NCBI GenBank assembly: GCA_965112155.1 | Contig: OZ218098.1 | Source: Podarcis liolepis | Taxonomy: Eukaryota | Reading direction: 5' to 3' (one strand) | DNA: 64,000 bases | Program-made: the position numbers and the translations under genes | Notes under the pieces: model-generated | What the model saw: only the letters and a program-made list of their open reading frames with translations | Databases searched by the model: none | What the model was told of the DNA's origin: nothing | In this document: positions 1-13,729 of the stretch, piece after piece | Position numbering within the stretch: position 1 is the first letter of the stretch | Layout: every line of letters starts with the position of its first letter

Positions 1-88
1 GGGGAAACATGGATAAGGCAGGAAAATTATTTCCAATTCATATTTTCCAAACTGAAATTCTTATATGCCTGAGACTGTTGTATAAACA

Positions 89-90
<2 letters not shown>

Positions 91-150
<60 letters not shown>
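91..150. repeat. (AT)n microsatellite
   Basis: About 30 perfect AT units. Confidence 0.98.
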
Positions 151-153
<3 letters not shown>

Positions 154-200
154 AATGTGACATTCAGAGAATAGTCTGTGAACTGCCCTATTGCCCACAG

Positions 201-3200
201 GAAACAATGACTGGCTGGGCTGCTGGGGCCATCACATGAAATCTCCGGGGTTCAGAGTTATCAGAGAACATCAGAAGGTATGAGATATGGTCATGACTAC
301 AAAAGGACATATTAAAGAATATAATACAGTGTGGGGAAAGGGCATGAGATGCATTTCACTCTGGCCTTTTCTGCCATTTTCTCCATCTGAGTGCTGCATG
401 TAGCTGATACTTTCCTGTTTTCTGCTGCAGTGTTCTCTTTCCTTTAGTCCCTTCATGTTCTCTTGGTGGCTGTGCCTCTGAAGGAGGCAGCCTAGGTTTG
501 CAAGACACTATATGGTAGAAACTTCAGTGCTGGCATGCTTCCTTCATGGGAACTACCTGTTGGGAGTACCAGCCCAGGGGCTTTTGGGGTGGGGGGTTGT
601 ATGGACAATCTAGGTTCTTGCAGCTATCCCTGAATTTGGAGGAGAAGGCACCCCCCTGTTGAACCTTTATCTTGCCTTTTTACCAGCTAGGATACAGCAG
701 GAAACCTCATTACTCCTTTCTTGTCTCTTCCTTTCCTTCCTGCAGTTGAATCATTTTCCTGGCTCATTCCAAATTGGTCGGAAGGACCGTCTGTGGAGAA
801 ATGTGTCCAAAATGCAGTTGCGCTTTGGGAAGAAGGAGTTCAACTTTCTGCCCCAGTCCTTCATCCTTCCTCAGGATATCAAGCTGCTCAGAAAGGCCTG
901 GGAAGATTGTGGGAGCCGACAGAAATGGATTGTGAAGCCGGTGAGGGAGGGCACAGATATGGTTCGAACTGTATAGAGATAGGGATGTGTCCTTTGTGTG
1001 CCTTCTGCCATGGCATAGCCATGCTTTCCCTTGCCTTGCCAGTTTCAGGTTTTCTTGGATGAATCTGATTTTTCTTGATGCATTTCATTAGGCTTTAGGA
1101 CTTGTGTTGGGACAGACTGCCTTTGGGATGAGCTCTGTTCTGTTTTTGTATTGTGTGGTTTTTATTCTGCTTCAGATTTTAGGTATTCTGTTTCATGATT
1201 TTAATCTCTGTAAACCACTCAGAGAACTTAAGTAATTAGATGGTACTGAAGTGCAGTTAACAATAATTAATGGTAATGTAAACTACACTCCCCCCCACAC
1301 ATCTTCCACTATAGCAACAATGCATATTCTCTTCTTATAGATGGACAGTTTCTACTTGTGTATTCTGGTTCCCTCTTGACTATATCCTAGCTTTAGCCCA
1401 ATAGTCCCTTTGGCTGTTGGTCTCCCTCTTGCTGCAAGTAGGACCTGCACCAGTCTGAAAACCCACCTGTCATCTTCTTCTTCATTCATTTCCTTGATAC
1501 TGGGAAGGACAGGTGTAATCTTCCCTGGTGCATTGTTTTAAAATATTCTGGGTTTTTATTCTTTGCAATCTTGTAAAGGTTGTGAATAAAAGTGCTTCAC
1601 ATTTGCATTTCCCCATGTCATTGAATCTGAGGTGTTTGTGCGTTGAATGTTGTAGGTGAAAAGAGGCACCCTTAAACATGTAAATGAGGAGAGAAGACTG
1701 GGAAACAGGCAGGGGGTGCTTCCTTCTGTTCATAGGAGCCTCAAACATTTCCTAAATAGAGAGAGAGGTGTGCCCCCCCCTTTCATGAGGACTAAAGTAT
1801 TTTCAAAACCCTAGATATTCTCTGACTCGACAGGTTCCACAGTCTGTACTGTACTGCATGACTACAGCCAGGCGCGTTTTTGAAACCTCTAGGGAATTAG
1901 CTTATCAGTCAGTGACAGCAAGGAACTCAAAGCTGCTATACACCAACTTGTGAATGTACAAAGCTTTTATTGACTTAAAAAGTCTTTGCTGACATGTTCA
2001 ATCTTTGAAAAAGCTGCCACAGTAATAGATTTTAACATACTGCTGAACTTTAAAATTACATTGAGATTTTTGTGATGCTGCTTCTTTGGAGGCTTGTCTT
2101 AAGACCGATAGTATTAAAACAAATTCCTTTCATGTACCCCACCTTCCCAGACTATAATCGGATGTTCCAGCTTTGAATTGTAGGATAGCAGCAAATGGAT
2201 GCAATGTGAACATCGCTCTCTGTCTTTCACTCACTTTAGCCAGCATCAGCTAGAGGCATCGGCATTCAGGTCATCCATAAGTGGAGCCAGCTGCCCAAGC
2301 GCAGGCCACTGCTGGTGCAAAGGTAAGCAAGTCCCCCTGCCCTGCCAGTCTTTCCCCACCCTGCAAACGAAAGATTGGCTTTAATATCTTAAGGTATCAA
2401 AGAACCAGCTTGTTTCTGATTATGCTTTCTGCCGTTGTAAAACTTTACATTGTTCTGTGGAGTTTGTTTCTTTTGCTTCTGTTTCCAGCTAAAGAGCAAT
2501 TGTGGAACTGCTACGATATTGACATGGGTTCAGAAATATGGCTAAAGTAGACCTTTTGCTGTGGCAAGGAGTAGCATTTGTTGAGAAAGCTGGCATTTCA
2601 TCAGCAGTCTCTCAAACCCCTTAGGGACAGAAACCATCTCCATCAAGCCTCTCCACTAGTGACAATATCCTGAAATTCTTGAGACTAAATCTCTGGGCTA
2701 CTCTATGATGTGGTTCCTGTATGCTCACCTGTCTTTCTGTTACAGGTACTTACATAAACCCTACCTCATAGGTGGAAGCAAGTTCGACTTGAGGATTTAT
2801 GTTTACGTCACATGCTATGATCCACTTCGGGTTTACTTGTTCAAAGATGGACTTGTTCGTTTTGCCAGCTGCAAGTAGGTTTCCTATGAATTGGTAACCT
2901 CAGAAAGAGGGTTGGGTTGACTGCTTGTCAGAAGACCAGCTGAGATTCATGAATAGCAGATTAAATATGTTTTCTGAAAACAGTAGACTATTGGTTGCAG
3001 GTGTCATTTGTATGGCAGCCTGTGCACATCCTTTTGGTTTAAGCAGTGACTATTGAGAACCAATTATTTGCTTGCACTGTGTAGCTGAGTCTGTGTGCTT
3101 TTAAAATAGCCAATTATTAAATTATTTATTTTATTTTATTTATTTCATAAAACTTACACACTGCTTGATTGTTTAAAAAACCTCAAAATGGTTTACAAAA

Positions 3201-6200
3201 AGATAAAACAAGAAAATCAAGAAAAAAATTACAGCTGTACTTTAAAACATACAAAAGTTAAAATAATAAGATAGATTATAATTACTTGAAATTCCTAAGC
3301 ATCTGGATGTTTAGTTAACTGACAAAGTTGTCGAATAACTCAAGTCAGAGCAACTCTTGATGATTAACAATTTGAATTGTTAAACCAGTCATATCTCTGT
3401 GGAGCACACACATTCATTCTCATTCTCATTCTCACACACATGTGCACACATACTAGACTGGAGCTTAGAGGAGATCCTTAAAGATTGGTGTGTGTGCCTC
3501 TCTCTTTTAGCTCCCACACTGCTAGCATTCCTCCCTCTTCTTGCCATTTCATTTTGATGAGTGATGTCTCCTTACTTAATGTAAACTTTTGTTCTTCCTT
3601 CACCTCAGATATTCCCCCTCTGTGAAGAGCCTCAACAACAAGTACATGCACTTGACTAATTACAGTATCAACAAGAAGAATATTGAATACAAAGCGAATA
3701 CAGATGAAACTGCATGTCAGGGTCACAAGTGGTGGGTATTGATGAGCAGGAAAGAGAATCCTTTTGTATGTGTTATGTTCTTGACTGGCTTATGTTGTCT
3801 TACCTCTTTAGTCCTGAGTAGCCCAGATGTGGCCCTACTGTTTCCATAGGAAAGAGACTTTATTTTCATTTATTAAACAGAATGTATAGACCACTTAATC
3901 AAAAAAGAAAGGTCTCATAATTGGTTTATATAAAATTACATTAAAAACATGGTTGGTTCTGGGTTCATGTTGCCTTTTTCCTTCAGAGATGGGGGGAGAG
4001 GAGTTAATAACACTATCTGGGGCAACCCTAATGCACTTGTATGCTCTGTTCTGTCTCCACAGGGCACTGAAGGCACTTTGGAGTTATTTGGCCCAGAAAG
4101 GAGTTGACAGTGAAGTCATCTGGGAGAAGATAAAAGACATTGTTGTCAAAACCATCATTGCGTAAGTCTCAGGATCTAGTTGTGTTCCCCCCAGCCCTTT
4201 GCTTTCAGGAGGACCTCTTTTTGACGGGTCATCTTATCCATTAGCTAGGGATGAGTACCGATGTTTGCAGATGTTTGGAGCAAGTGTTTATCTTTGCTTC
4301 TTTCTTTCTGATTTGTGCTTCTGGAATCAGATTCTCCTATTGTGTTGTTTCTCGAGGGTTGTTGATTGTTCCTTGGCCCCAAAAGTATCTTGTTTGGATC
4401 TTAATAACCTGAAGCAAGGAAGGGTCATGTGCTGTCTTCATCAGGCTCTCATCTGAGCCATGTGGGGAAGGTATTGCTGAAGCCCTGTTTTTGTGGCATG
4501 CTTGTACCATATGCCTGGCTAGAGTGATGCATAAGAGGCATAAGATGATGCATAAGATGCTAGTTTTGCTGCTCAGGAACAACCTAGCACATGTTTCATT
4601 TTCTAGATCAGAGCCCTACATAATCAATCTCGTGAAGATGTATGTGAGACGCCCTTACTGCTGCCATGAGCTGTTCGGGTTTGATATCATGCTGGATGAG
4701 AACCTTAAGCCATGGATTCTGGAAGTCAATATTTCCCCCAGGTAAGTTGTGCATGGTGCACCTTTCAGCTTGCGCTCTGACTTGGTGCATTTCACTACAA
4801 TTTCAAGAGCACCCTTTACCTCCAGTTTGTCCCACAGATGCATGCTAGGCCTATATGCACAGATGCATGCAGTCTGTTTTGCCAATGCCTTACTTCATGT
4901 GCTGATGGCTTCCATCTCTTAATGTGAGGGAGGCAACACTTACATTGAACTGGATCACACAGTGTGTCTCTGATTGGTAGGTATGTCTGTGTTTTGTGTA
5001 TGCATGTGGGTGTGGTGGGGGAGGGGATACTAAAAGAGAGAAAGGTTGTCTTGCCTTGGAGATCGAGTTCCTCCTTTCAGTCTTTTGGAAATCAAACTTA
5101 ACAGCTATCTAAAATGCCAAAAGCTAGGGCCAAAGACATGAAGATGGGCTTGTCCAATCAAGGTTTTGTTCTCTTTGCAGCCTTCATTCAAACTCTCCTC
5201 TGGATGTGAGCATCAAGGGTCAAATGGTCAGAGATGCCCTTAATTTGGCTGGTTTTCTGTTGCCAAGCACAGATGATGTGGCTTCACCCTCTGGAAGTGC
5301 CAGCAGCTCCACAACTAGGTTAGAGATCAAACTCAGAAAGAGAAGCTTTACTGGGCATTCCATCTTTTGCATTGTTGTTGTTCAGTAGGGGAGTGAGGAG
5401 GCCTGAGTTGGGAAGACTGAGACGAAAAGTTGTTGTGGCAATAGTATGGTGGCTATAGCACAGAAGCATAGCTGTAGCCTGTATGTAGGACTATGCATTT
5501 TATTCAGTCACGCTATTCGTACAGAAACTGAATTAAGCATCCAAAGAATCTCTGCTTTTGTTATTTTTAAAGCAAGTTTCTGGTCCATGTAATTGCAAAA
5601 TGGGCTTGAAAATACCCGGGCAATACCTCGTTCAACCTTGGAAGCTGAGCAATGGTGGTGATCTCAGACATATTGCCAGGAATACTAGGCTTCAGTAGCT
5701 GGAATTGTGTATTGCTCCTCAACTCAGCTCAGCCACAATAGCTGTCAGGGGTGGCAGCAAGCACCTGGAGGGCACCAGGTTAGGGAAAGCATGAAGCAGG
5801 CTGGTGAGGGATGGGGCCTGGGGAAGGGAGCATGGCCTGGGAAGAGTCCTGGGGCCCAGATGGAGGGGCTGGAGGGTTGCACACTGCCCCCATGCCTAAG
5901 GTTCCCCATCCTTGATCTATGACTCCATGGATCGTTTGAGGCTTTTTTGCTTTCTTTTGGCTTAACAGAGTATAGCTTGCCAATTGCTTATGGTTCTGGC
6001 TATAGGTGGCTGAATTGAGGGCACTGACTAACTCTCTCTGTACTAACTTTAATTATTGCTGTGCCCAGTTTGAATAGTGTCGCAAAGGAGAAGAGTAAGT
6101 CATCTCTGGAGCTGTTCACTTCTGAGAAAACGAAAAGAGCTTTTTATCTGACCTCAAAAGTGCCTGATCAGGTAGGCGAGAACATGCCTTCCCCAAACAC

Positions 6201-9200
6201 TCTGCCCTCATTCTGAGATCTCATGCATGTTTGGGCTGGAGTTCTCCACTCTTCTTTGAATCATGTCATTAACTGTTTAATTAAATGAAACCATAAGTAG
6301 TGTGCATAAAACAATATAAAATCATCAAACTAGTATACACAACTAAATTATGTTTCTCGCTAGGCTTGCGGAAATAAAAAAAAGTTTTTAGCAGGGGTGT
6401 AAAACAGTATAGTGAGGGTGCCTGCCTAATATTACTAGACAGGGAGTTGCAAAGCATAGAGGTAGCTACACTGAAATATTGACTCGTACTAGCAGATGAT
6501 CATTACAATCGCTTGGCTTGGGGAGTGCCTAAGAGTTCAACCAAGCACTTTTTCTGGCAGTAAATGTGTCAGATGCAGGTAAGATGCATCCACACACAAG
6601 GAGGAGGTGCTTGTTTATTCACAGAAGGACTGGTATTTGAAGGAGGTTGTATTTTGACATATAGGATATGATTTGGCTAAGTGTGGAAGTTATAAAGACC
6701 TGTATTTCAACTGTATTCACAGTTAAACCTTAAGCCCATCAAACACACAGCATAGCTTAAGAAAATGTTACAAACTATAGCTAAGATCCAATAGGCCATA
6801 GCCACTGGTTGCCATTGTTATAATGGGTGTGCCTTGAAGCAGTAAGATTTCCCATTTCTTACTTACACACATGCTTTTTGGTTTAGTTTGTTCAAGGGGT
6901 ACAAGAAGCATTTGGGAACCATAACCAAGAACCCTGCCTTTTCTTCTTCACCCACCCCCCAACAAATTCCTATTTGGATATCTCTCTTCTGTCTTTCCAC
7001 TGCTGTCACTGTGGGAGGGGAATATGTGTTGCGTGGCCACCATCCTAGAGTGGCAATCATAGTCGTTTTAGAGGACCGAAAGTGGCATGCATGTAGACTT
7101 GTGCAGTTACCTCCTGGAAAACCAAGGTGTTTCCTTGTCCATCTTGGCTGCAGGAGTTCTATTCCACCATCCTAGATGTTCTAACACCAGATGATGTACG
7201 TGTCCTAGTAGAGACAGAGGATGAATTCGCTCGACGTGGACAGTTTGAGCGAGTTTTCCCCTCGCGCTTCTCCATGCACTACCTACGTTTCTTTGAGCAG
7301 CCGCGATACTACAACATCCTTACTTCCCAGTGGGAGCTGAAATATTTCGTGAATAAGGTCAAAGGTAAAGCAATTCCCATCACCTCCTTCCTGCAAGTTC
7401 CCTTCTAGGATAAGCAGTTAATTGTTTGGACCAGCCCTTTATAAGTAGAATGCATACCTTGCTTTCCAACCCAGAGCTGTCTGTGCTCTTTCCCAAAGCA
7501 TTATTATCTGTCATCCTTACAGGCTGCCAGTGTGGTTTGAGTGTTGCTTCTTGCTGGGACATTTGTGTCATCTTCCCCACTCCCCACACCTTGCAGCCAC
7601 ATCTTTGGCTTTAGGCCAGAAGTCTCTCTTTATTCTTGCCCACCCCTTTGTCCTTTCATTGGTTTCTATTGGCTATCTTTAAGCCCACACCCTTACCCAG
7701 AGCCTTCCTGTTCATCAGTGTTACCTGCTTCTCTTGAGTGTATCCAGATAATTCCATAGAATAGACCAGGAAGAAGTTCACCATCTTCATTTTTTCCCCT
7801 TCTTAAAATTTTATTGTTACCGTCCACATTAACACCATACAGAAAAAGAAAATAAATTCCATCACCACCAAAGAAAAAAAGAGAATAAATACATCAACTA
7901 ATAACCTTCACATAAAATACATAAAATAAAAGTGGTCTTCTTCTATACGCCAGACTTCCCGTCTATTCAGTATTACAGATCCTGTATTAATTGTTCGCTG
8001 CCAATGCATAACTAGTTTTGTTGAATTTCAATATCCCTTAATCCATTCATTGGTTTTACCACATTTTACCGCTGCTACTGAAATTATTCAAACGCTGCGT
8101 ATGACCTTAAACTACTATTATTTTTCAAGTATATTTTAAAAACTTCCCATTTTGAGATAAGTACCTGTTTTGGTTTATTTTTTATCTTTTCTGACATGCT
8201 ATCTAATTCCACGTATTCAGCCATTTTTTGAATCCATTCTAATCTTGACGGGACTTTATTGCTTTTCCAATTTGCCTCATTGAGAAACCTTGCTGTGACC
8301 GTAGCATATAAGAAGATCTCTTAAGCCTTGTTAGGAATATCTGAGTCTGTGATTCCCAAAGGAAAGCTTCCCATTTACTATTAATATATATTTTAAACAT
8401 TTTTTCCAATTCTATGTGGATATCCTCCCAAAACACCTTGATTTCTTTACACTGCCACCACATATGGAATAAAATACCTGGTTTTTCTTTACACCTCCAG
8501 CAATTATTGGGGACATTTTTGAACATCTTGGACAATTTCCAGGGGGTTAAATACCACCGATGCTGCATTTAAAAAAAATTCTTGCTCAGAGAGTAGCAAG
8601 CTGTAAAATTCCAATTTATTTTCCACTTCTTCATTGATATTGAGTACCCAAAATCTTGTGACCACTTAATCATAGCCGCTGTCACCTCCTCCTCCTTGAC
8701 TTCCCAGTCAAGGAGGAGTCAGTATACTTTAGAAAGTGTTTTAATTCTGGAGTTCACCAAATCTGATTCAAATCTGGAAGTCTCAGTGGAGAAACCCTTT
8801 TGTCTATCAATTTTGAATGTCTCAAATAATTGGTGATATTGAAACCAATCAACAATGCACCCTCTTATTTCCCCGAAGCTTTTTAATTTCAATTGGTTAT
8901 TCTCCTCCTTTAGAAGTACTTTATACATTGGCCAGGGTCCCTGGGTATTTTTTCTCTTAACCGCCTTCGCCTCTATTGGCGAGATCCACCAGGGAAACTT
9001 TGGTTCGAGCAGGTTTTTATACTTCTCCCAAACCATCAATAGGAATTTCCTAATAATGTGGTTTGAAAAGTTCCTGTGAACTTTTGCTTTCCCATACGCT
9101 AAGTATGCATGCTATCCCCATCGATTATCATATCCCTCCAAGTCTAAGAGGTCTGGGTCCTGCAACGTACACCACTCCTTTAACCAGGTGAGGCAGGCCG

Positions 9201-12200
9201 CCTCATAATACAGTTTCAGGTCAGGTAGGTTTCAGGTCTTTTATGTCAATTAGAATTAAATGTTTGATTCTAGGTCTTTTGCCTGACCATAAAAATTTGG
9301 AAATACCATATCTCCGTATTTCTTTGGATCTCGAGCCAAATTTTCATACAGTTATCCTGAAACATATTTATATTTTTAGGGGTAATCCAAATACCTAAAT
9401 ATTTTACTTTATTGCATATCTTTAGGCCCAATGTTTTTTCTAACTCCTCCTTTGCCACATTTGATTCATTTTTCACCAACAATTTTGTTTTAATGGTATT
9501 CGATTTAAAGCCTGCCACTTCTCCAAAGTCTCTAATCAGTTCCAGCACTCTCAACAAACTTTTCAAATGAGCATCATACCATTGCAGCTTGATTTTTAAA
9601 CCTGTGTGTGTGTGTGTGTGTGTGCGCGCGCACGTGTGTGTTTGGGTTGCTCAGTATCAAGGCCCTACATTACTTGTACCCACTGCCTTCTTACAACCAG
9701 GGCAATTGCTTAGTAATAGCCCTCAATATTTCACATGTGAACTAGCATTCGTTCTGTGGTGTTCCTTTCTGCAGGGGTGGATCTGCTCAGAAACTGGTGT
9801 CACAAAGGCTTTCATAATGGAGTGGTGACAGAATCCACAGTGATGGTAAGGGTGGGCCCTCTTTGCCTTTCCTCATACCTTCAATTTGTTCTGCTTTTTC
9901 ATGAGGGTGCCAATCAGAACTACCGTATTTTTCGCCCTATAGGGCGCACTGGCCCATTGGACGGACCTCCTTTTTTGGGGGGGGGAATGAATAAAAAAAA
10001 TTATTTCCCCCCCCCCCCGCAGCCCCCAGAACAGGCTGCTGCCCGCAAGCCTTGCGAGCCCGGCGGCAACTCCCGCCAGACTCGCAAGGCTTGCGGATAG
10101 CTTCCTGAAGCCTGGAGAGCGAGAGGGGTCGGTGCGCACCGATCCCTCTCGCTCTCCAGGCTTCAGCAAAAGCCTGCATTCGCCCCATAGGACGCACACA
10201 CATTTCCCCTTCATTTTTGGAGGGGGAAAAGTGCATCATATAGGGCGAAACCTTGTTACTAATTAAGTGGCTCTATATTTGTGGCTGTGTTACTGGCCTG
10301 CAGCACCTTCTCTTTGCTTCACTAAGTTTGAGGTATGCTGGGAGATAAGAAAGGAACATTTAGTAGCCCCCTCACTAGCTGTTTAACTCTGCACTCTCTC
10401 AACTTCAGTGGTCAATTCCAAGATCCCACCTCTATATGAAGAATGAACTCCCTGTGAATGGCTTGAGCAAGATGGAATTAGGCAGAACCAGGTGAGATTG
10501 CGAGAACCAGCCACTGTTATATCTCAATAAATTTCCAGTTGGGGTTTGTCCATGATTTTTCATTCATTCCTTTATAGTGCAATTCTTTGCAAGTCTGCTC
10601 TGAAGTAATCCCCACTGCGTTCAATGGGACTTATTCCCAGGTGGTTGTGTGTAGGATTGTAGCCATGGTTAATGCATTTTAATGCATTTTTGGCTGTTAA
10701 CCTTCTCATGAATAGATGGAGAGAAAGGAAACTCTTCTTTGTTATTTATATGCCACCTTTACATTTCTTACTTCCCTCTCCTGATATATTACCCTTTTAA
10801 CAAACGTGGTCTTAACTGCTTATGTGCTACTTTCTGCCCCTGTTAGGATGTGCCAGAGGATTAAATTAGAAGCATCTGCTTCTGGGTTTAAACTAACTGT
10901 GGTTAATCATTATATCCAGTAAGGGCAAACTATAGATAGTTTCAACTGGGCTTTTTCAGTGTGGTGCCCACTGAGGCACTCTGCAGTGGCTGTGAGACTT
11001 TTCTGCCATTCTGACTTGCAACTCCTGCTTTAAAAGAAATCATGGAGGCTGGATACAGTGCCAATCTTAATTTTCCCTGAGTAGCCCTGAGCCCATGTAT
11101 GGTCAGGCAGCTTCGATCATGTAGCTACAAGCTAGGATTTCGTGTTAAGTTCAAACCAGGCCGTTGTCTTAGCCTTTCTTATTTTTACTTCGGTAAATAT
11201 CTGACATAAATAATTATTTGTAGCATTTTTATACTAACCTGTAACACTAAGTATTCTGGGCAGTGTACATTAAAAAACACACACATGTAAAATGTAAAAA
11301 CAACATGAACACAAAATCACAAACAAAGCTAAAACTTCAAAATAAAACCAGCAGCGGAGGAACCAGTAGTACCCAATGTCTAAAAAACAACAACCACATG
11401 TTTTGACCGTGTTTTTAAGTAGGAAAGCCTAGCTGAATAAAAGGCCTTGACCTATGGCCACTGAAAAGTTGGCACCTGCCTCACCTAACCTCACTTGGCA
11501 GGGGTGGACTTTTAAAGATGATTTTCAGGTTGGGCTGGGTATATATGGGAGGAGATAGTCCTTCGGATAACCTAGCCCCAGGTTATTTAGGGCAGCAATA
11601 GAGAACCTGCAGCCTTCCAGTTGTTGTTGGCCTTTGTCTCATTCCAGCCAGCATGGCCCATGGTCAGAGATGATTGGAGTTCTAGTCCCAGAACATCTGG
11701 AGGGTCACAGATTCTCCATCTCTGTTTTAGGGCTTGAAAAGTTAATACTTGCACTTTGAATTGTCCCCTGGAATAGATTAGAAGCCACTGTAGATAGCAA
11801 AGCACAGGCATGATAGAATTTTTCAGCCACTCCCTGTTAACAATGTTGCTGCCTTGTTTTGGAGCAGCTGAAGTTTCTAGACTGTTTTCAAGGCAGGCCG
11901 AGGTACAGCACATTGTGGTAATCAGGCCTAGGCAGTGGTGAGCCATAAGCCCTAAATCCTTCTTTCCCATCAAATACAGGGATGACACAGTAGTAGTAAT
12001 AGTAGTAGTAGTAGACTGCTGTTTCCTTCAGACGGGTGAAAATGATATGCTATGAAAGTGGTTCTCTCTGTCTGTGCTCCATTCTGTGCTGCAAGACAGA
12101 TCTGCCTCTCTCTCAAGTTCTGTCTTCTTCCCAACAGCAAAATCCTTGTCCAGCGAGATGGGGAGGAGCCAGTCCGAAGCTCTGAGCCAAACCCTTGCAC

Positions 12201-12291
12201 TCAAAGCTTACCTCAGATTAAATACACAGCTGGAAGTCTCAAGAAACCCACAATCCCTCGGACCCTCAGCAACTCAAGCCTAGTGAAGTGA
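201..12291 (+). CDS. TTLL4: Tubulin monoglutamylase TTLL4, 3' part (5' exons lie upstream of the window)
   Basis: 13 GT-AG exons with consistent phase: 201-277, 746-940, 2240-2322, 2746-2874, 3609-3731, 4063-4161, 4607-4741, 5181-5318, 6069-6171, 7154-7364, 9775-9845, 10409-10491, 12138-12291 (TGA). Translation has TTL-domain motifs [89 protein letters not shown] and the TTLL4-type [16 protein letters not shown]...RYYNIL. Confidence 0.96.
7795..9566 (-). mobile_element. 5'-truncated, degenerate L1-clade LINE (ORF2 RT end, C-terminal CCHC knuckle, 3' UTR), antisense in a TTLL4 intron
   Basis: Minus-strand ORF pieces 9270-9566 ([17 protein letters not shown]), 8719-9039 and 8239-8568 ([18 protein letters not shown]), broken by frameshifts; minus-strand AATAAA near 7810. 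Confidence 0.88.
9923..10250. mobile_element. Tc1/mariner (Tc2-like) MITE
   Basis: Begins ta|ccgtatttttcgccctata; ends tatagggcgaaa (truncated right TIR); CpG-rich palindromic interior. Confidence 0.75.
11200..11960 (-). mobile_element. Old L2-type LINE fragment interrupted by a hAT MITE
   Basis: Minus ORF 11587-11988 contains [12 protein letters not shown] (compare [11 protein letters not shown] of the L2 copies); aaggccttg and cactttgaattgt blocks are shared with that family. Confidence 0.55.
11593..11724. mobile_element. Palindromic ~130-bp hAT-type MITE
   Basis: CAG...CTG termini, internal inverted symmetry, flanked by atttaggg / ttttaggg (7/8 match to an 8-bp TSD). Confidence 0.7.
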
Positions 12292-13691
12292 CAGGGGACT
12301 GAGTGAGTGGCCAACTTCCCCTTCCTTATGGTCTCAGGAGGGGGCGTACATGACCTACCTCAACGGAAGCTAGGAGAGCCAGCATGGAAGGATGGGAGGA
12401 CCTTTCGTCCGGCACGCCCACGTAGAACTATTTTTTTTGGAAAGGGAATTGAGTCGAAGAGGAGATGTTTAACTTGGTTAAAAGGGACAAATGCTCTGTT
12501 TATAGTTTTTTTTTTATGACAAAGGAAGTTGCTAAACACAGAAGCTTCGAAAACCTATTTAACTTTTAGTGTGAGTTCCTTATAGTTTATTGACCTTGCC
12601 ATGATCGTCACCACTTGATCCTTAAGTGCCTCTTGCTGTTAAGTGCTGACATGCTAGGTTTCGCCAGACACTGACAACCTCAATGACCATTTGTGAAATG
12701 AGCTGCTACCATGAGGCAATTGCATGTTTGCAATTGACATAATAACCCATGTATTCACAACATGACACAAATTCCTAATTAGCTGATCAGTTGGGAAAAC
12801 AAACTTTAGAATGGCTTAACACCAGTAAATCAGGCAGATTTTTTCATAAACTCTCTGGTGCATGGCCATAAGAGAAAGAGGCTTAAACAGTGAGGGAGGT
12901 GGTGGGGAGTCCTTGAATATTCTTATTCTCTAGGTACACACCCATGTTTACTTAGTTCCTGGGTACAGATTTCCTGATGGACTTTAGTTATGGAAGGTAT
13001 TTTCTACTTACTTTTTATTCTGGAGAAGCAGATTTTGCAGTGTGCTGGTCCAAAGCACAACTGTGTAGCTTAAGCACTGGTGGTGGGTTCTAGCTTTGTG
13101 CTGGGACTCAGAAAAAGGTGTGCTAAGGTGGCTGCTTCTTGTTCCTCTCTGGTTTAGGGTCAGGTGGTTATCTGTGTTAATCCTCCTAGCATTCATATAC
13201 ACCCTAGAACACTCTCCAGTTCTTTACCCCTAAAGAAGACTATAATTTAGCCCAAGTGGTGCTTGGCTGTATAATTCTTGCTTTAAGTACTGCAGCCTCA
13301 GTCAGTGTTATTTCTCATCAGTCAGTGCCTTCTCCCTGCTGCTGGAGAATTCTGCCTTTTCTCCACTTGTTATACTTTACTCCTAATCTGAATCTGGTAC
13401 TGGATCCCAGCTTTGGGTACACTTTTCAGTTGTGTGCGTATGTCCGGAATATGTTGGTAAACTTGCACTTACAGCCAGCAAGGGCCATTTGCTGTCCTGA
13501 TCCCCGGGCACTGATAGATGCATCTCTTGCTCTACTTGACTCCTGATACCTACACACTTAGGAGCATTTCCTGCCTGTACTCAGACACCACGTGCAGGAA
13601 GCTGCTAATTTCTGAGCCTTGAGGGTGAACTCAGCAACTTTGGCTGCAAGAAATATTTCTGTTTAATGAAGGATAGGAGTCCTTTTGTCTC

Positions 13692-13696
<5 letters not shown>

Positions 13697-13727
<31 letters not shown>
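13697..13727. repeat. (AC)n microsatellite
   Basis: About 15 AC units. Confidence 0.95.
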
Positions 13728-13729
<2 letters not shown>
